Origin: a virus
Taxonomy: Duplodnaviria; Heunggongvirae; Uroviricota; Caudoviricetes
IMG/VR virus record: IMGVR_UViG_3300012665_001805
Reading direction: 5' to 3' (one strand)
DNA: 61,471 nucleotides
Part shown: positions 1-8,831 of the stretch, one piece after another
Numbering within the stretch: the first letter of the stretch is position 1
Layout: every line of letters starts with the position of its first letter
The notes under the pieces: model-generated
Seen by the model: the letters and a program-made list of their open reading frames with translations, nothing else
The model's database searches: none
What the model was told of the DNA's origin: nothing
Program-made: the position numbers and the translations under genes

Positions 1-1221
1 AATTTGAGATGTTGAAAAATCATATTCAACTGTATTATCAATTACGTTATAGATTTGATTTTCAATTCCTGGTGTTGGGTTAATTAAGATTTCAATAGGT
101 GTTTGACGAGCCATATGATATCCTGTTCCATTGGCATCACCTGGTACTGCTACATAATAAGTTACTGTACTTGGTTGACCTGCAATTATTTCGTATGTGA
201 AGTTAGTTGCACCTGGTATAGTTGATGTGTAGTTAGTAGCAGAGTTATTAATTGTAGCGTATTCTGCTGCTGTAAAGAATTTAACGTTTTTAACGTTGTT
301 TGGCCATACTGTGAAATTACCTGATACTTTTGCAAATACACCATAAGCATCTGAAATTGTTACGTTATTTGAACCATTCACATCAGCGGCATAATAATCA
401 AATCCGGACATTGTACTGTTTCCTAATACCCACTGATTGATTAATTGTGCATCTGTTGCTGAAATTGCATTTCCAATTCCCATTGTATCACCTTGGATTG
501 CTAAACGTACATCCCAATAAGTTGTATCTAAGTTAACAGTAAAGGTAAAGTCACCAGCAATATCAGTTGTGTAAGCTGAATGTTGTGTCCAAGTAGAACC
601 ACCTGCAGGACGAGTTTGTAAAGCTAGTGGTAAGTTTTTAGCAGGTGTACCAGTTACGTTAGTAAAGTTACCAGCAAATGTAAATGTAGGTAAAGTAAAT
701 ACACCACCATAATTGTATAATGTTAAAGTAGTATCAATACCATTTTGTTTAGCCGCGTATTGTGAAAATGTTGCAGTACCTGTCCAAGTTAAGTTAGAAA
801 TTGAAGCTAAGTTATTAAATACAGCAGGAGCAGCATGTGTAAATGTAATTGCAAATCTTTCTCCACCCGCTAAAGTATAAGTTGAAGAAGCACCTGTGTA
901 TACAAGAGTAATAGTAATGTAACCATTAGCTGCATTAACTACATATTGCATGTCTAAGTTGGTTGTTGAACCAATTAAAGCAACGGTAGCATTTGTAAAT
1001 GCAATTTTGTCATAAAACACACGAAATTGAGTTGCGGTAAATTTCGTTAATGTAGTGTTTTGTAACGTTACATTAGCTGTTGTGAACCCAGAAGCAGTTG
1101 GACCAACTTGATAGGTTGGGTGAATTAGGGCATAAATGCCATTTCCGGGTGCGTTAGGAGCTTGTCCAAATAGGTTAAAAGTTACTACTAAAAGTAATAA
1201 AGACAGTAAAAGGTTTTTCAT
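1..1221 (-). CDS. Secreted protein with cohesin-like and dockerin-like domains (partial, runs off left edge; not in ORF track)
   Basis: Manual translation from ATG at 1221: MKNLLLSLLLLVVTFNLFGQ signal peptide; beta-rich cohesin-like segment (TATQFRVFYDKIAFTNATV...GYITITLVY); dockerin-like ISATDAQLINQWVLG...YAADVNGSNNVTISDAYGVF; the frame is also open at the window edge (...YDFSTSQI). Confidence 0.75.
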   Translation of the reverse strand, partial: MKNLLLSLLLLVVTFNLFGQAPNAPGNGIYALIHPTYQVGPTASGFTTANVTLQNTTLTKFTATQFRVFYDKIAFTNATVALIGSTTNLDMQYVVNAANGYITITLVYTGASSTYTLAGGERFAITFTHAAPAVFNNLASISNLTWTGTATFSQYAAKQNGIDTTLTLYNYGGVFTLPTFTFAGNFTNVTGTPAKNLPLALQTRPAGGSTWTQHSAYTTDIAGDFTFTVNLDTTYWDVRLAIQGDTMGIGNAISATDAQLINQWVLGNSTMSGFDYYAADVNGSNNVTISDAYGVFAKVSGNFTVWPNNVKNVKFFTAAEYATINNSATNYTSTIPGATNFTYEIIAGQPSTVTYYVAVPGDANGTGYHMARQTPIEILINPTPGIENQIYNVIDNTVEYDFSTSQI

Positions 1222-1289
1222 TCGGTTTCAATTAGGTTTATAATAGCAAAGAAAACAATTAAAGAAACCTATTTACTGTTATACATATA

Positions 1290-3017
1290 TTATCCCTCAC
1301 AACTGATACAATCAGCAGTACGTTGAAGGTTATCTCCTCTTAAAATACTTTCTGAACGCATATAGTATAGGGTTTTGATACCTTCTCTCCAGGCCAATTT
1401 ATGAACTTCACTGATATATTTTGGTGAGTCAGATGGATCAAATGTCAAATTCAATGAAATAGCTTGATCAATATGTTTTTGACGGATACCATTTTGACGA
1501 ACAACTTCATACGGATTAATTTCTTTGAATGTCAAGAATACTTCTTTTTCTTCAGGTGATAAGATATGGTCAGGTAATCCCATTACTGAACCTTTATCTT
1601 TAGCAATTTGTTCCCAAATACTATCGATGTTAAATCCTTTAGATTCAAGTAAACGCTCCAATGTTGGGTTTTTCTTGATAAATGTACCTTTAGCTGTTTT
1701 CAAGTTAAATACATTTGCTGGGATAGGTTCAATTGAAGGTGAAACACCACCTGAAATATTAGCATTTGATACTGTTGGTGCAATTGCTAAGTGATGTGTA
1801 TGTCTTAAACCTGTACCTTTACACCATTCTGGTTCTCCATATTCAACTGCTTGATCACGAGATGCTTTTAATGCTCCTTCTTCAATAAATTGAGACATGA
1901 TTCGAGTGTAAGAATTTGCTTGTAAGCCAGCAAACGGAATACCTTTTTCTTGTAAGAATGTATGCCATCCTAAAACACCAATACCAATTGCTCTACCTTT
2001 AATAGCTGAACGGTAAGTATTTTCCATGAATTTAACATTCTTTGCTCTGTCAATAAATTCTTGTAATACACCCTCTAAGAACCAACATGATAATTCGGGT
2101 AAAGTCATACCATTTTCGAATTTATAGTCTTTCCATTCGTCCCAACGTGCTAAATTCAATGAAGATAAACAACATATAAATGAATGTAATGGATCTGTGT
2201 AAAGTGCAATTTCAGAACAAATATTTGTCATTGAAACGTGCAAATTATTGTTTTTATATGCTTGAGGGTTGTTGTTGTTCACATTATCTTCAAACATGAT
2301 ATAAGGTTCACCTGTTTCCAAACGTGTTTTAAGGATCTCACCCCACAATCTTAAAGCACGTGGTTCTTTATCCTCTAATTTATTCATGAAATCATCATCA
2401 ATAACTACACATTGGTGTAAGTTTAAACATTGGCGATTAACATCTCCTTTTGGTCGACGAATCATTAAAAATTCTTCAATATCTGGATGGTTGATATGTA
2501 GGTTTACGGATGCTGCACCTCTTCTAACTGAACCTTGATTAGTTGCTAAGATAGTTGAATCATAGATTTTAGCCCATGGAACTACACCCTCAGAAACACC
2601 ATTACCAGAAATTTCTTTACCTCTACCTCGAATTCGAGATAAACCAATACCTACACCTCCACCTTGAGATGATAAACGCATCAACTCAGAATTTGCTAAT
2701 GCAATTCCTTCAATTGAATCGTCTGTATCAATTCCAAAACATGAGATAGGCATACCTCTCTCGGTACCTAAATTTGATAAAACAGGAGATGCTAAACACA
2801 ACCAATTTTTTTCCATTGCCTCAGCAAAAAACGGTACTAAATCTTTACGTTTTAGTCTACGTCCTGCTGCTTTACTTACTCGATTGAATGCTTTAAATAC
2901 ATTTTCATCCGGAAGTAAGTACCCTTGTGAGATGATTGAAGTACCAATTTCATCCATCCATTCAGGGAAATCTTTACCCTTCACCCATTTACTTGTGTCT
3001 ACGTTTAATTTGCTCAT
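1290..3017 (-). CDS. nrdA: Ribonucleotide reductase class I alpha subunit (no ATP cone)
   Basis: PISCF, SQGGGVG, TNICSEI (N-x-C-x-E), CCLSSLNL, IAPTVS, KTLYY, C-terminal CISCEG; 575 aa; adjacent nrdB. Confidence 0.97.
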   Translation of the reverse strand: MSKLNVDTSKWVKGKDFPEWMDEIGTSIISQGYLLPDENVFKAFNRVSKAAGRRLKRKDLVPFFAEAMEKNWLCLASPVLSNLGTERGMPISCFGIDTDDSIEGIALANSELMRLSSQGGGVGIGLSRIRGRGKEISGNGVSEGVVPWAKIYDSTILATNQGSVRRGAASVNLHINHPDIEEFLMIRRPKGDVNRQCLNLHQCVVIDDDFMNKLEDKEPRALRLWGEILKTRLETGEPYIMFEDNVNNNNPQAYKNNNLHVSMTNICSEIALYTDPLHSFICCLSSLNLARWDEWKDYKFENGMTLPELSCWFLEGVLQEFIDRAKNVKFMENTYRSAIKGRAIGIGVLGWHTFLQEKGIPFAGLQANSYTRIMSQFIEEGALKASRDQAVEYGEPEWCKGTGLRHTHHLAIAPTVSNANISGGVSPSIEPIPANVFNLKTAKGTFIKKNPTLERLLESKGFNIDSIWEQIAKDKGSVMGLPDHILSPEEKEVFLTFKEINPYEVVRQNGIRQKHIDQAISLNLTFDPSDSPKYISEVHKLAWREGIKTLYYMRSESILRGDNLQRTADCISCEG

Positions 3018-3026
3018 TTTTTGTTT

Positions 3027-3974
3027 TTATAAATCGCTCCAGTCAGCGGTTGATTTTGAATAATCTGTTACTCTTCCTGCGAAGAAATCTTGATGTGTTT
3101 TACCACTTGTTAAATGTCCGAACCATTCCATTGATTTTAAAAGATTTGGATTGATATCGTTGTATAAAGGATTATAACCTAGTTCAATTAATTTTTGGTT
3201 GGCGCGTTCCTTGATAAAGTTTTTCAATTGGTTTATGTTTAAACCTTCAATTTCACCCATTTCAAATGCTTTATCGATAAAGTCAAATTCTAATTTAACT
3301 GATAAGTCACAAGCATCATAGATTTGTGCTTCCATACCTTCGTTTAATTCAGGCATTTCTTCTATCATTGTTCTAAATAACCAACATCCTGCTTTTGAAT
3401 GTAATGATTCATCGCGAACACTCCATTCAACGATTTGGCCTGTACCTTTCATCAAATTACGTAATTGGAAAGACATCAAGATAGCAAATGAAGAGAATAA
3501 ATTAACACCTTCAGTAAACGCAGAGAATATAGCTAATGAAAGTGCTTTCTCACGTAATGTATCTCCAGGCAACTCAACTAAACGATCAATTTTGGCTTTT
3601 GCTTCTTCATCTTCCATGAATGCCTCAAAGTCATCTAATCCAAGTTCTTCATTCAAACGAGCATAAGCTTCAGCATGAATCGATTCGAAATCAGCGAATG
3701 CACACGCCATAGCTTTGATTTCATGTTTAGGGAACCATACCGCCACCTTTGTTGCCCAATAATCGTTTACATACGTCTCAGTTTGAGCAAACGATTTCAA
3801 GATATTACCGATTAGGCTTTTTTCTGATTCGCTTAATTTAAGTTTCCAGTCATTCAAATCTGAAGATAATGGGACTTCATCTGCTAGCCAGTGGGCTCTG
3901 TGTTGATCTTTATAAAACTCGAATGCAGTTTGATACTCAAACGGTTTATAATGGGGTCTTAGTTCTGTAATCAT
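3027..3974 (-). CDS. nrdB: Ribonucleotide reductase class I beta subunit
   Basis: Ferritin-like metal ligands FAQTE, ESIHAEAY, FTEGVNLFSSF, RDESLH; HW..DEVP N-terminal motif. Confidence 0.96.
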   Translation of the reverse strand: MITELRPHYKPFEYQTAFEFYKDQHRAHWLADEVPLSSDLNDWKLKLSESEKSLIGNILKSFAQTETYVNDYWATKVAVWFPKHEIKAMACAFADFESIHAEAYARLNEELGLDDFEAFMEDEEAKAKIDRLVELPGDTLREKALSLAIFSAFTEGVNLFSSFAILMSFQLRNLMKGTGQIVEWSVRDESLHSKAGCWLFRTMIEEMPELNEGMEAQIYDACDLSVKLEFDFIDKAFEMGEIEGLNINQLKNFIKERANQKLIELGYNPLYNDINPNLLKSMEWFGHLTSGKTHQDFFAGRVTDYSKSTADWSDL

Positions 3975-5329
3975 GTGTTTAGTTCAAAAAATTTATTTGA
4001 TAACATCTTTTTATCTAAATCGTCAAAGTTATCATTTGACTGTTTTTTTGGTGCAACTGTATCTGCTTCCTCATCGTAATGATCTCCAATTGCAATATGA
4101 CCATTTGATGTATTAACATCTACTTGAAAAGTCAAACCATCCATTCCATATCTGTTTTTCATAATATGGAGCCTTCCGGTTCCGTTAACTTTATCTTCTT
4201 TCTTTCTTGATAATGAAAGTGATAAATCGGTAATCATCATTTTATCATATGATCCTGCCGCTTTATCGCCTTCAATAATATCATCTTTGGCTCCTGCGCG
4301 ATTTACTTGCGAAACCGACCAAATTGGTATGTTTAATTCACGAGCTAATCCCTTAGTGCTTGTATAAATATCATCAATCTCTCCCTTACGGTCAACATTT
4401 CTTTTTCTTGTTGAAAGAAGATCAATGTAATCTATTAAAATAAGATCTGGTTGGATTCCTAAATCAATTACTTTTTTAATATGAGATTCTATAGTAGAAA
4501 TTGTAGTTTTTCCCATAGGATATTCACGAATAATCAATTCTCCGGGTAGGTCAGCTGTTAAAGATTCTACTTCTGCTTTATGTTTTTCTAATTGATCTAC
4601 TGGGGTTCCGGTAAAGAAAGCGTCATATCGTCTTCCAGTATATGCTTCACTTAACTCTAAAGTATAGTGAATAACATTGTAACCCATTTTAACAGCATGT
4701 CCGCCTAAAGCAACTAAAGTCCATGACTTACCTCCTCCAGGATTACCAAAAATCAATCCTAAATCTCCATTACCTAAACCACCTTGAATTAATTCATTAA
4801 TTGGTTCCCATGGTGTAGGTACAATTGATCTATGATCTTCACGGTAACGTGATTCAGTATCTTTTTTATACTCATGACCAATGTTTTTATCTTGTCCTGC
4901 TTTCATTGCTGATTCAATCATATATTTGATCGAATCATAATCTCCAGCTTTTAATAGATCAACACTATTCAATAGTGCTTTTTTCAACTGTTGATTTTTA
5001 CAAAATGTAGAGAACTCACCTTGAACATACTCTAAATCTTCAATATCAGCTCTATATGCTTCACGTAATTGCTCTTTAACGGATACTTTAAGTACTTCGT
5101 TGTCCAATTTTTTCATTTCAACTTTTAAAATATCCATTGAAATGGTGGTATGGTATTTTTCGTAATATTGAATGATTTGGTTAATTACCCATTTGTGAGC
5201 CGGATTACTAAAGTATTCATCACTTAGTACGTCGTTTATATTTTGTAAAAATTCTTTATGTGTTAATAAAGAAGATATCACTTTCATCTGGAACGATGGT
5301 CCGTATTCATCAATTGATTGTAAGGTCAT
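3971..5329 (-). CDS. Replicative DnaB/gp41-like helicase
   Basis: Walker A GNPGGGKS, HYTLEL, ILIDYIDLL, SQVNR, KNRYG. Start refined to MTLQSIDEY (5329); the track start at 5392 overlaps the upstream gene. Confidence 0.92.
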   Translation of the reverse strand: MTLQSIDEYGPSFQMKVISSLLTHKEFLQNINDVLSDEYFSNPAHKWVINQIIQYYEKYHTTISMDILKVEMKKLDNEVLKVSVKEQLREAYRADIEDLEYVQGEFSTFCKNQQLKKALLNSVDLLKAGDYDSIKYMIESAMKAGQDKNIGHEYKKDTESRYREDHRSIVPTPWEPINELIQGGLGNGDLGLIFGNPGGGKSWTLVALGGHAVKMGYNVIHYTLELSEAYTGRRYDAFFTGTPVDQLEKHKAEVESLTADLPGELIIREYPMGKTTISTIESHIKKVIDLGIQPDLILIDYIDLLSTRKRNVDRKGEIDDIYTSTKGLARELNIPIWSVSQVNRAGAKDDIIEGDKAAGSYDKMMITDLSLSLSRKKEDKVNGTGRLHIMKNRYGMDGLTFQVDVNTSNGHIAIGDHYDEEADTVAPKKQSNDNFDDLDKKMLSNKFFELNT

Positions 5330-5357
5330 TTTATAACTTTTATTTAAATATAATAAC

Positions 5358-6389
5358 TTATTGTTGGTTTTCCAACAATTCTTTGAAAACATCTTGAACC
5401 CAGAATTCAGTATTTCGAATTAAGTTTCCAAGTTGATCTTCATTACACATTTCAACGAATTCGTTTGGTAAGAATTCAAGTTGTGTGTCTTTAACAAAAT
5501 TATCGATAAATAATTTATCTTTTTCACTCATCATGGGATTAGATAAGTCCATAACTCTGTATTTGTCTTCTAGCAATGGAATATCATGTAATACTCTTGC
5601 ATAGACTACGTGTTCTTTTAATTTTGCTTCAGCAATATCGATTAAATCATCAAATGATAAATCTCTTGTTGATAGTTCGGGGAATTTCTTGAACAATCCT
5701 TTAGCCCCTAATCCTTTAATACCTGTTACTCCATCAGAGCTATCACCCATTAACAACTTATAAAGTAAAAAGTTGTTTGGAGATACATTGAATTTTTCTC
5801 TTACAGTATCTGTTGTGTAATATTCTTTTTCAATTGGACGATATACAATTACTTGCTCGCTTACCAACTGTAAATAATCTTTATCACTGGATACTATGAA
5901 TGCTCTGTCTTCAGGTTGTGTAGTTAAAGTATCACTTAAATAAGCGATAATATCATCTGCTTCTACTCTAGGTAACGAAACTGTTTTAACAGGTAGCGTT
6001 TTCAAGTATTGGATGATACGAACGATTTGATCTACTTTGGAGTCATCTTCTTCTTCCAAATTATCAAATAGTTCATGTTTAGTTACTCGAGATACATTTC
6101 GATTTGATTTGTATTCGGGGATAATGTTTTTTCTATTATTTGAGGAACCCACACCATCAAACACTACATAAACTTGTGTAGGTTGGATAGTGCGAATTAA
6201 AGCCCCTAAAGATCGAAAAAACCCTCCTAAACCTCCAATATGAACTCCGTTTGAATTTACTGCGTTTATAGCACTAAAATTTCTAAAGAATAGGTTGAGT
6301 CCATCGATTAGTAAGTAGCGCTCAGATGTTGGGGTTTCTTCCCCGTGTTCTTGTATGTTGTTTAAGAGGTTTAAGAGGTCTTTCTTCAT
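5358..6389 (-). CDS. 5'-3' exonuclease / flap endonuclease (T4 RNase H or PolI 5' nuclease-like)
   Basis: LLIDGLN, VVFDG, EADDII, SSDKDYLQL, GDSSDGVTGIKGLG (H3TH). Start refined to MKKDLL (6389). Confidence 0.92.
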   Translation of the reverse strand: MKKDLLNLLNNIQEHGEETPTSERYLLIDGLNLFFRNFSAINAVNSNGVHIGGLGGFFRSLGALIRTIQPTQVYVVFDGVGSSNNRKNIIPEYKSNRNVSRVTKHELFDNLEEEDDSKVDQIVRIIQYLKTLPVKTVSLPRVEADDIIAYLSDTLTTQPEDRAFIVSSDKDYLQLVSEQVIVYRPIEKEYYTTDTVREKFNVSPNNFLLYKLLMGDSSDGVTGIKGLGAKGLFKKFPELSTRDLSFDDLIDIAEAKLKEHVVYARVLHDIPLLEDKYRVMDLSNPMMSEKDKLFIDNFVKDTQLEFLPNEFVEMCNEDQLGNLIRNTEFWVQDVFKELLENQQ

Positions 6390-6390
6390 A

Positions 6391-7476
6391 TTAATCTTCG
6401 TTTTCAAATAAATCAGGTGTTGGTGCTTTTTCGTCCCATTCACTGTTGTCTTCTTGTACAGAATATGTACCTTGTCCTAAAATGTTAGCCCATTCATGGG
6501 TATGTGCATCTTTGTACTTTTTAATTACATTCGGATCATCTTTAATGAATCCGTGTACTGTAGAAACGATTGTACCCATTGTAGTAATTCCATTGATGTG
6601 ATTTTTATCACAAGCAATTTTGGTACGTAATGCGAATTCAACTTTCTTCTTGTCTTTAACAGCGTTAATTTTAGAAGTACCAGCGTTTGTAACGTTACCA
6701 AATGTTAAACATAGTGAAACATCGTAATAGAACGTATCTCCACCTTTATTTGTCATTCTAGGTTGTGACATTGGGGTTAGAGCCGGAGCAACACCTACTT
6801 TGTTCACAATAAACAAACTATTCGTGTATTTTGAGCTTTCCTTACGAGACATTACAATCTGTTGATTAATAAAATTCCCGAATTGAGTTGCGATAGCTCC
6901 TGCGTTCCACATTGGATTGTTTTTACCTTGTTCAATTGACATTTGGCAAGGGATTGAACCAACTGAATCCCAGATGAATAATAAGTCGTATGGTAAATTA
7001 CCTTTTTTCTGTTCAGTTAATAAATCGATGATGAATGCCGCAATATCCTCAATTGAGTTTAATGAACTTCTATCTCGATAAATAAAGAATCCAGTTTGAT
7101 CAATAATTTCACCTGTGTCCTCATCTACTACATCTTCCATTTCGAATCCCATAGTTCTCCAGTGATTCCAATCGTGTTTCATCTCTGTAACGATTAATAC
7201 AGGTAGTATTCCCATTTTTTGAGCATTAACTGCTACCTCAATGGTCATAGTAGATTTTCCAGTGTTTGATTTTCCTCGAACCATTGAATTATGACCCATA
7301 GGAATACCAGGAATGGATAGTGCTTCTTGTAAAGCAGGAGAGAATGGAATCCATTTTTGCTCCTTGAATTTAACATTAGATGCTAAACCCTTATTTGCTT
7401 TAAATTTGTCTAAACTGAAGGCGGATTTCAGTTCCTTACTAGCCGCCTCCGTTAGTGATTTTCTTGTCTTAGCCAT
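6391..7476 (-). CDS. RecA/UvsX-like recombinase
   Basis: Walker A GKSNTGKST, Walker B LFIWDSVG, KGGDTFYY, DKNH motifs; located in the replication cluster. Confidence 0.85.
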   Translation of the reverse strand: MAKTRKSLTEAASKELKSAFSLDKFKANKGLASNVKFKEQKWIPFSPALQEALSIPGIPMGHNSMVRGKSNTGKSTMTIEVAVNAQKMGILPVLIVTEMKHDWNHWRTMGFEMEDVVDEDTGEIIDQTGFFIYRDRSSLNSIEDIAAFIIDLLTEQKKGNLPYDLLFIWDSVGSIPCQMSIEQGKNNPMWNAGAIATQFGNFINQQIVMSRKESSKYTNSLFIVNKVGVAPALTPMSQPRMTNKGGDTFYYDVSLCLTFGNVTNAGTSKINAVKDKKKVEFALRTKIACDKNHINGITTMGTIVSTVHGFIKDDPNVIKKYKDAHTHEWANILGQGTYSVQEDNSEWDEKAPTPDLFENED

Positions 7477-7488
7477 GATTTAAATTAA

Positions 7489-8307
7489 TTAAAATGGCAT
7501 ATCATCATCTTCTTCAAATAAATCATCAAATGCTTCCGCTTTTGATTTTTTAGCAGCAGGTTTAGCTGATAGACTATAGTTTGTTTTAGGTTCTTCTTTA
7601 GTGAAATCTAAAGATTCTTCAATCGATCCTTCATCATTTTCAGGAGCTAACCATTCTTGCAATGCTGATTTGATATCATCAAAAGGTAACATTTTGTAAG
7701 TTTCTTTTGGATTAGTTTGCTCATCTAACCATTTTTCTAGCAATGTTGAATCTTCTGTTAATGAAGACATTTTCATTGATGGTTGGATAGTTGTTTTGTT
7801 ATAAGCAGTACCTGTAACATCTGGTCCAACTGTAACTAATTTAATATCTCTACCTGACATGATGTCTGTGAAGTCACCTACTTCTTCATCAGCTGCCATT
7901 TGTAAAAATGCTTCGTAAATTTCTTTACCAAATTCCCACATTTGAACACCCTCAGATTCCTCACCTCTAACAATTACAGGAGCGAATACACGTGTTTTAG
8001 GATCTAATTTTTTAGCCAAACGCCAGTTTTCTTTGTCGTTTGTACCACGCAATTGTTTTGCAAATTCTGCAATTGGATCTTTCTCACCCCAGTTTAATGG
8101 AGAAGCAATTACTTTTTTACTTCCGATACCGTAGTAAAATTTCATTTCCGTGAATGGGAATTCTTTATTGTACTTAAAAGGTACAACACGAACTGTTTGT
8201 TTTCCTATTGATGGTTTAAATCTCGGGAAATTGTTTGTTGAGCTTCCACCTGAAGATTTAGGTGTCTGCATAGACTCAAGTTTTTTCTTGATTGCATCTA
8301 GATTCAT
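7489..8307 (-). CDS. Single-stranded DNA-binding protein, T4 gp32-like
   Basis: MNLDAIKKKL N-terminus, QTVRVVP, WEFGKEIY, GRDIKL, acidic C-terminal tail DDLFEEDDDMPF; next to UvsX. Confidence 0.8.
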   Translation of the reverse strand: MNLDAIKKKLESMQTPKSSGGSSTNNFPRFKPSIGKQTVRVVPFKYNKEFPFTEMKFYYGIGSKKVIASPLNWGEKDPIAEFAKQLRGTNDKENWRLAKKLDPKTRVFAPVIVRGEESEGVQMWEFGKEIYEAFLQMAADEEVGDFTDIMSGRDIKLVTVGPDVTGTAYNKTTIQPSMKMSSLTEDSTLLEKWLDEQTNPKETYKMLPFDDIKSALQEWLAPENDEGSIEESLDFTKEEPKTNYSLSAKPAAKKSKAEAFDDLFEEDDDMPF

Positions 8308-8366
8308 AATATAACTAATTTATTTGTTTACAACTTTAATATAATAACCTTTATTCACTAAACCAA

Positions 8367-8753
8367 CTATAATTCAATAATCTTGAAAATCTTTGTATTA
8401 AGTTGTTTAATTTCGTTGTGTTGAGTCAACAATATACAATTTTTATAATGTTGCCAACTTACTGGGAAGTGTGTGTCTACTACTCCACCATTTAATTTTT
8501 TAATCAATTCGTTTAAGGCATTGATTGTGTAAAGGGTATTGGATTCCTTTTTTCTGTGTACCAAAATGGTATTTTCAGGAATATCATTTACATTCCCTTG
8601 GTCCACGTTATATGTTACTACGTATTCGTTATTACTTTTAACATGTAGTACAAACATTTTGTCGTACATTATTACGTACTTGCTCGATAGATCCGCAATA
8701 AGCGAGTCTAAATCTGTCAAAGCAGTAAAAGTACAAAACAGTCTGTTGTTCAT
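8367..8753 (-). CDS. Conserved-looking hypothetical protein
   Basis: Open frame in track (8367..8828); likely start MNNRLFCTF at 8753 because an ATATGTATA motif (8792-8799) lies just upstream. Confidence 0.6.
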   Translation of the reverse strand: MNNRLFCTFTALTDLDSLIADLSSKYVIMYDKMFVLHVKSNNEYVVTYNVDQGNVNDIPENTILVHRKKESNTLYTINALNELIKKLNGGVVDTHFPVSWQHYKNCILLTQHNEIKQLNTKIFKIIEL

Positions 8754-8831
8754 GGATGCAAAATCTAATAATTGATCGAAATCGTATTGATTATACATAT
8801 GACGAGTTTGTTCAAGAGTGTTATACATAAC

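Noticed and set aside
5330-5392. N-terminal extensions in the track (helicase; also 6390-6443, 8754-8828, 51488-51547)
   Set aside because: They overlap upstream genes or regulatory motifs; downstream ATGs fit better.
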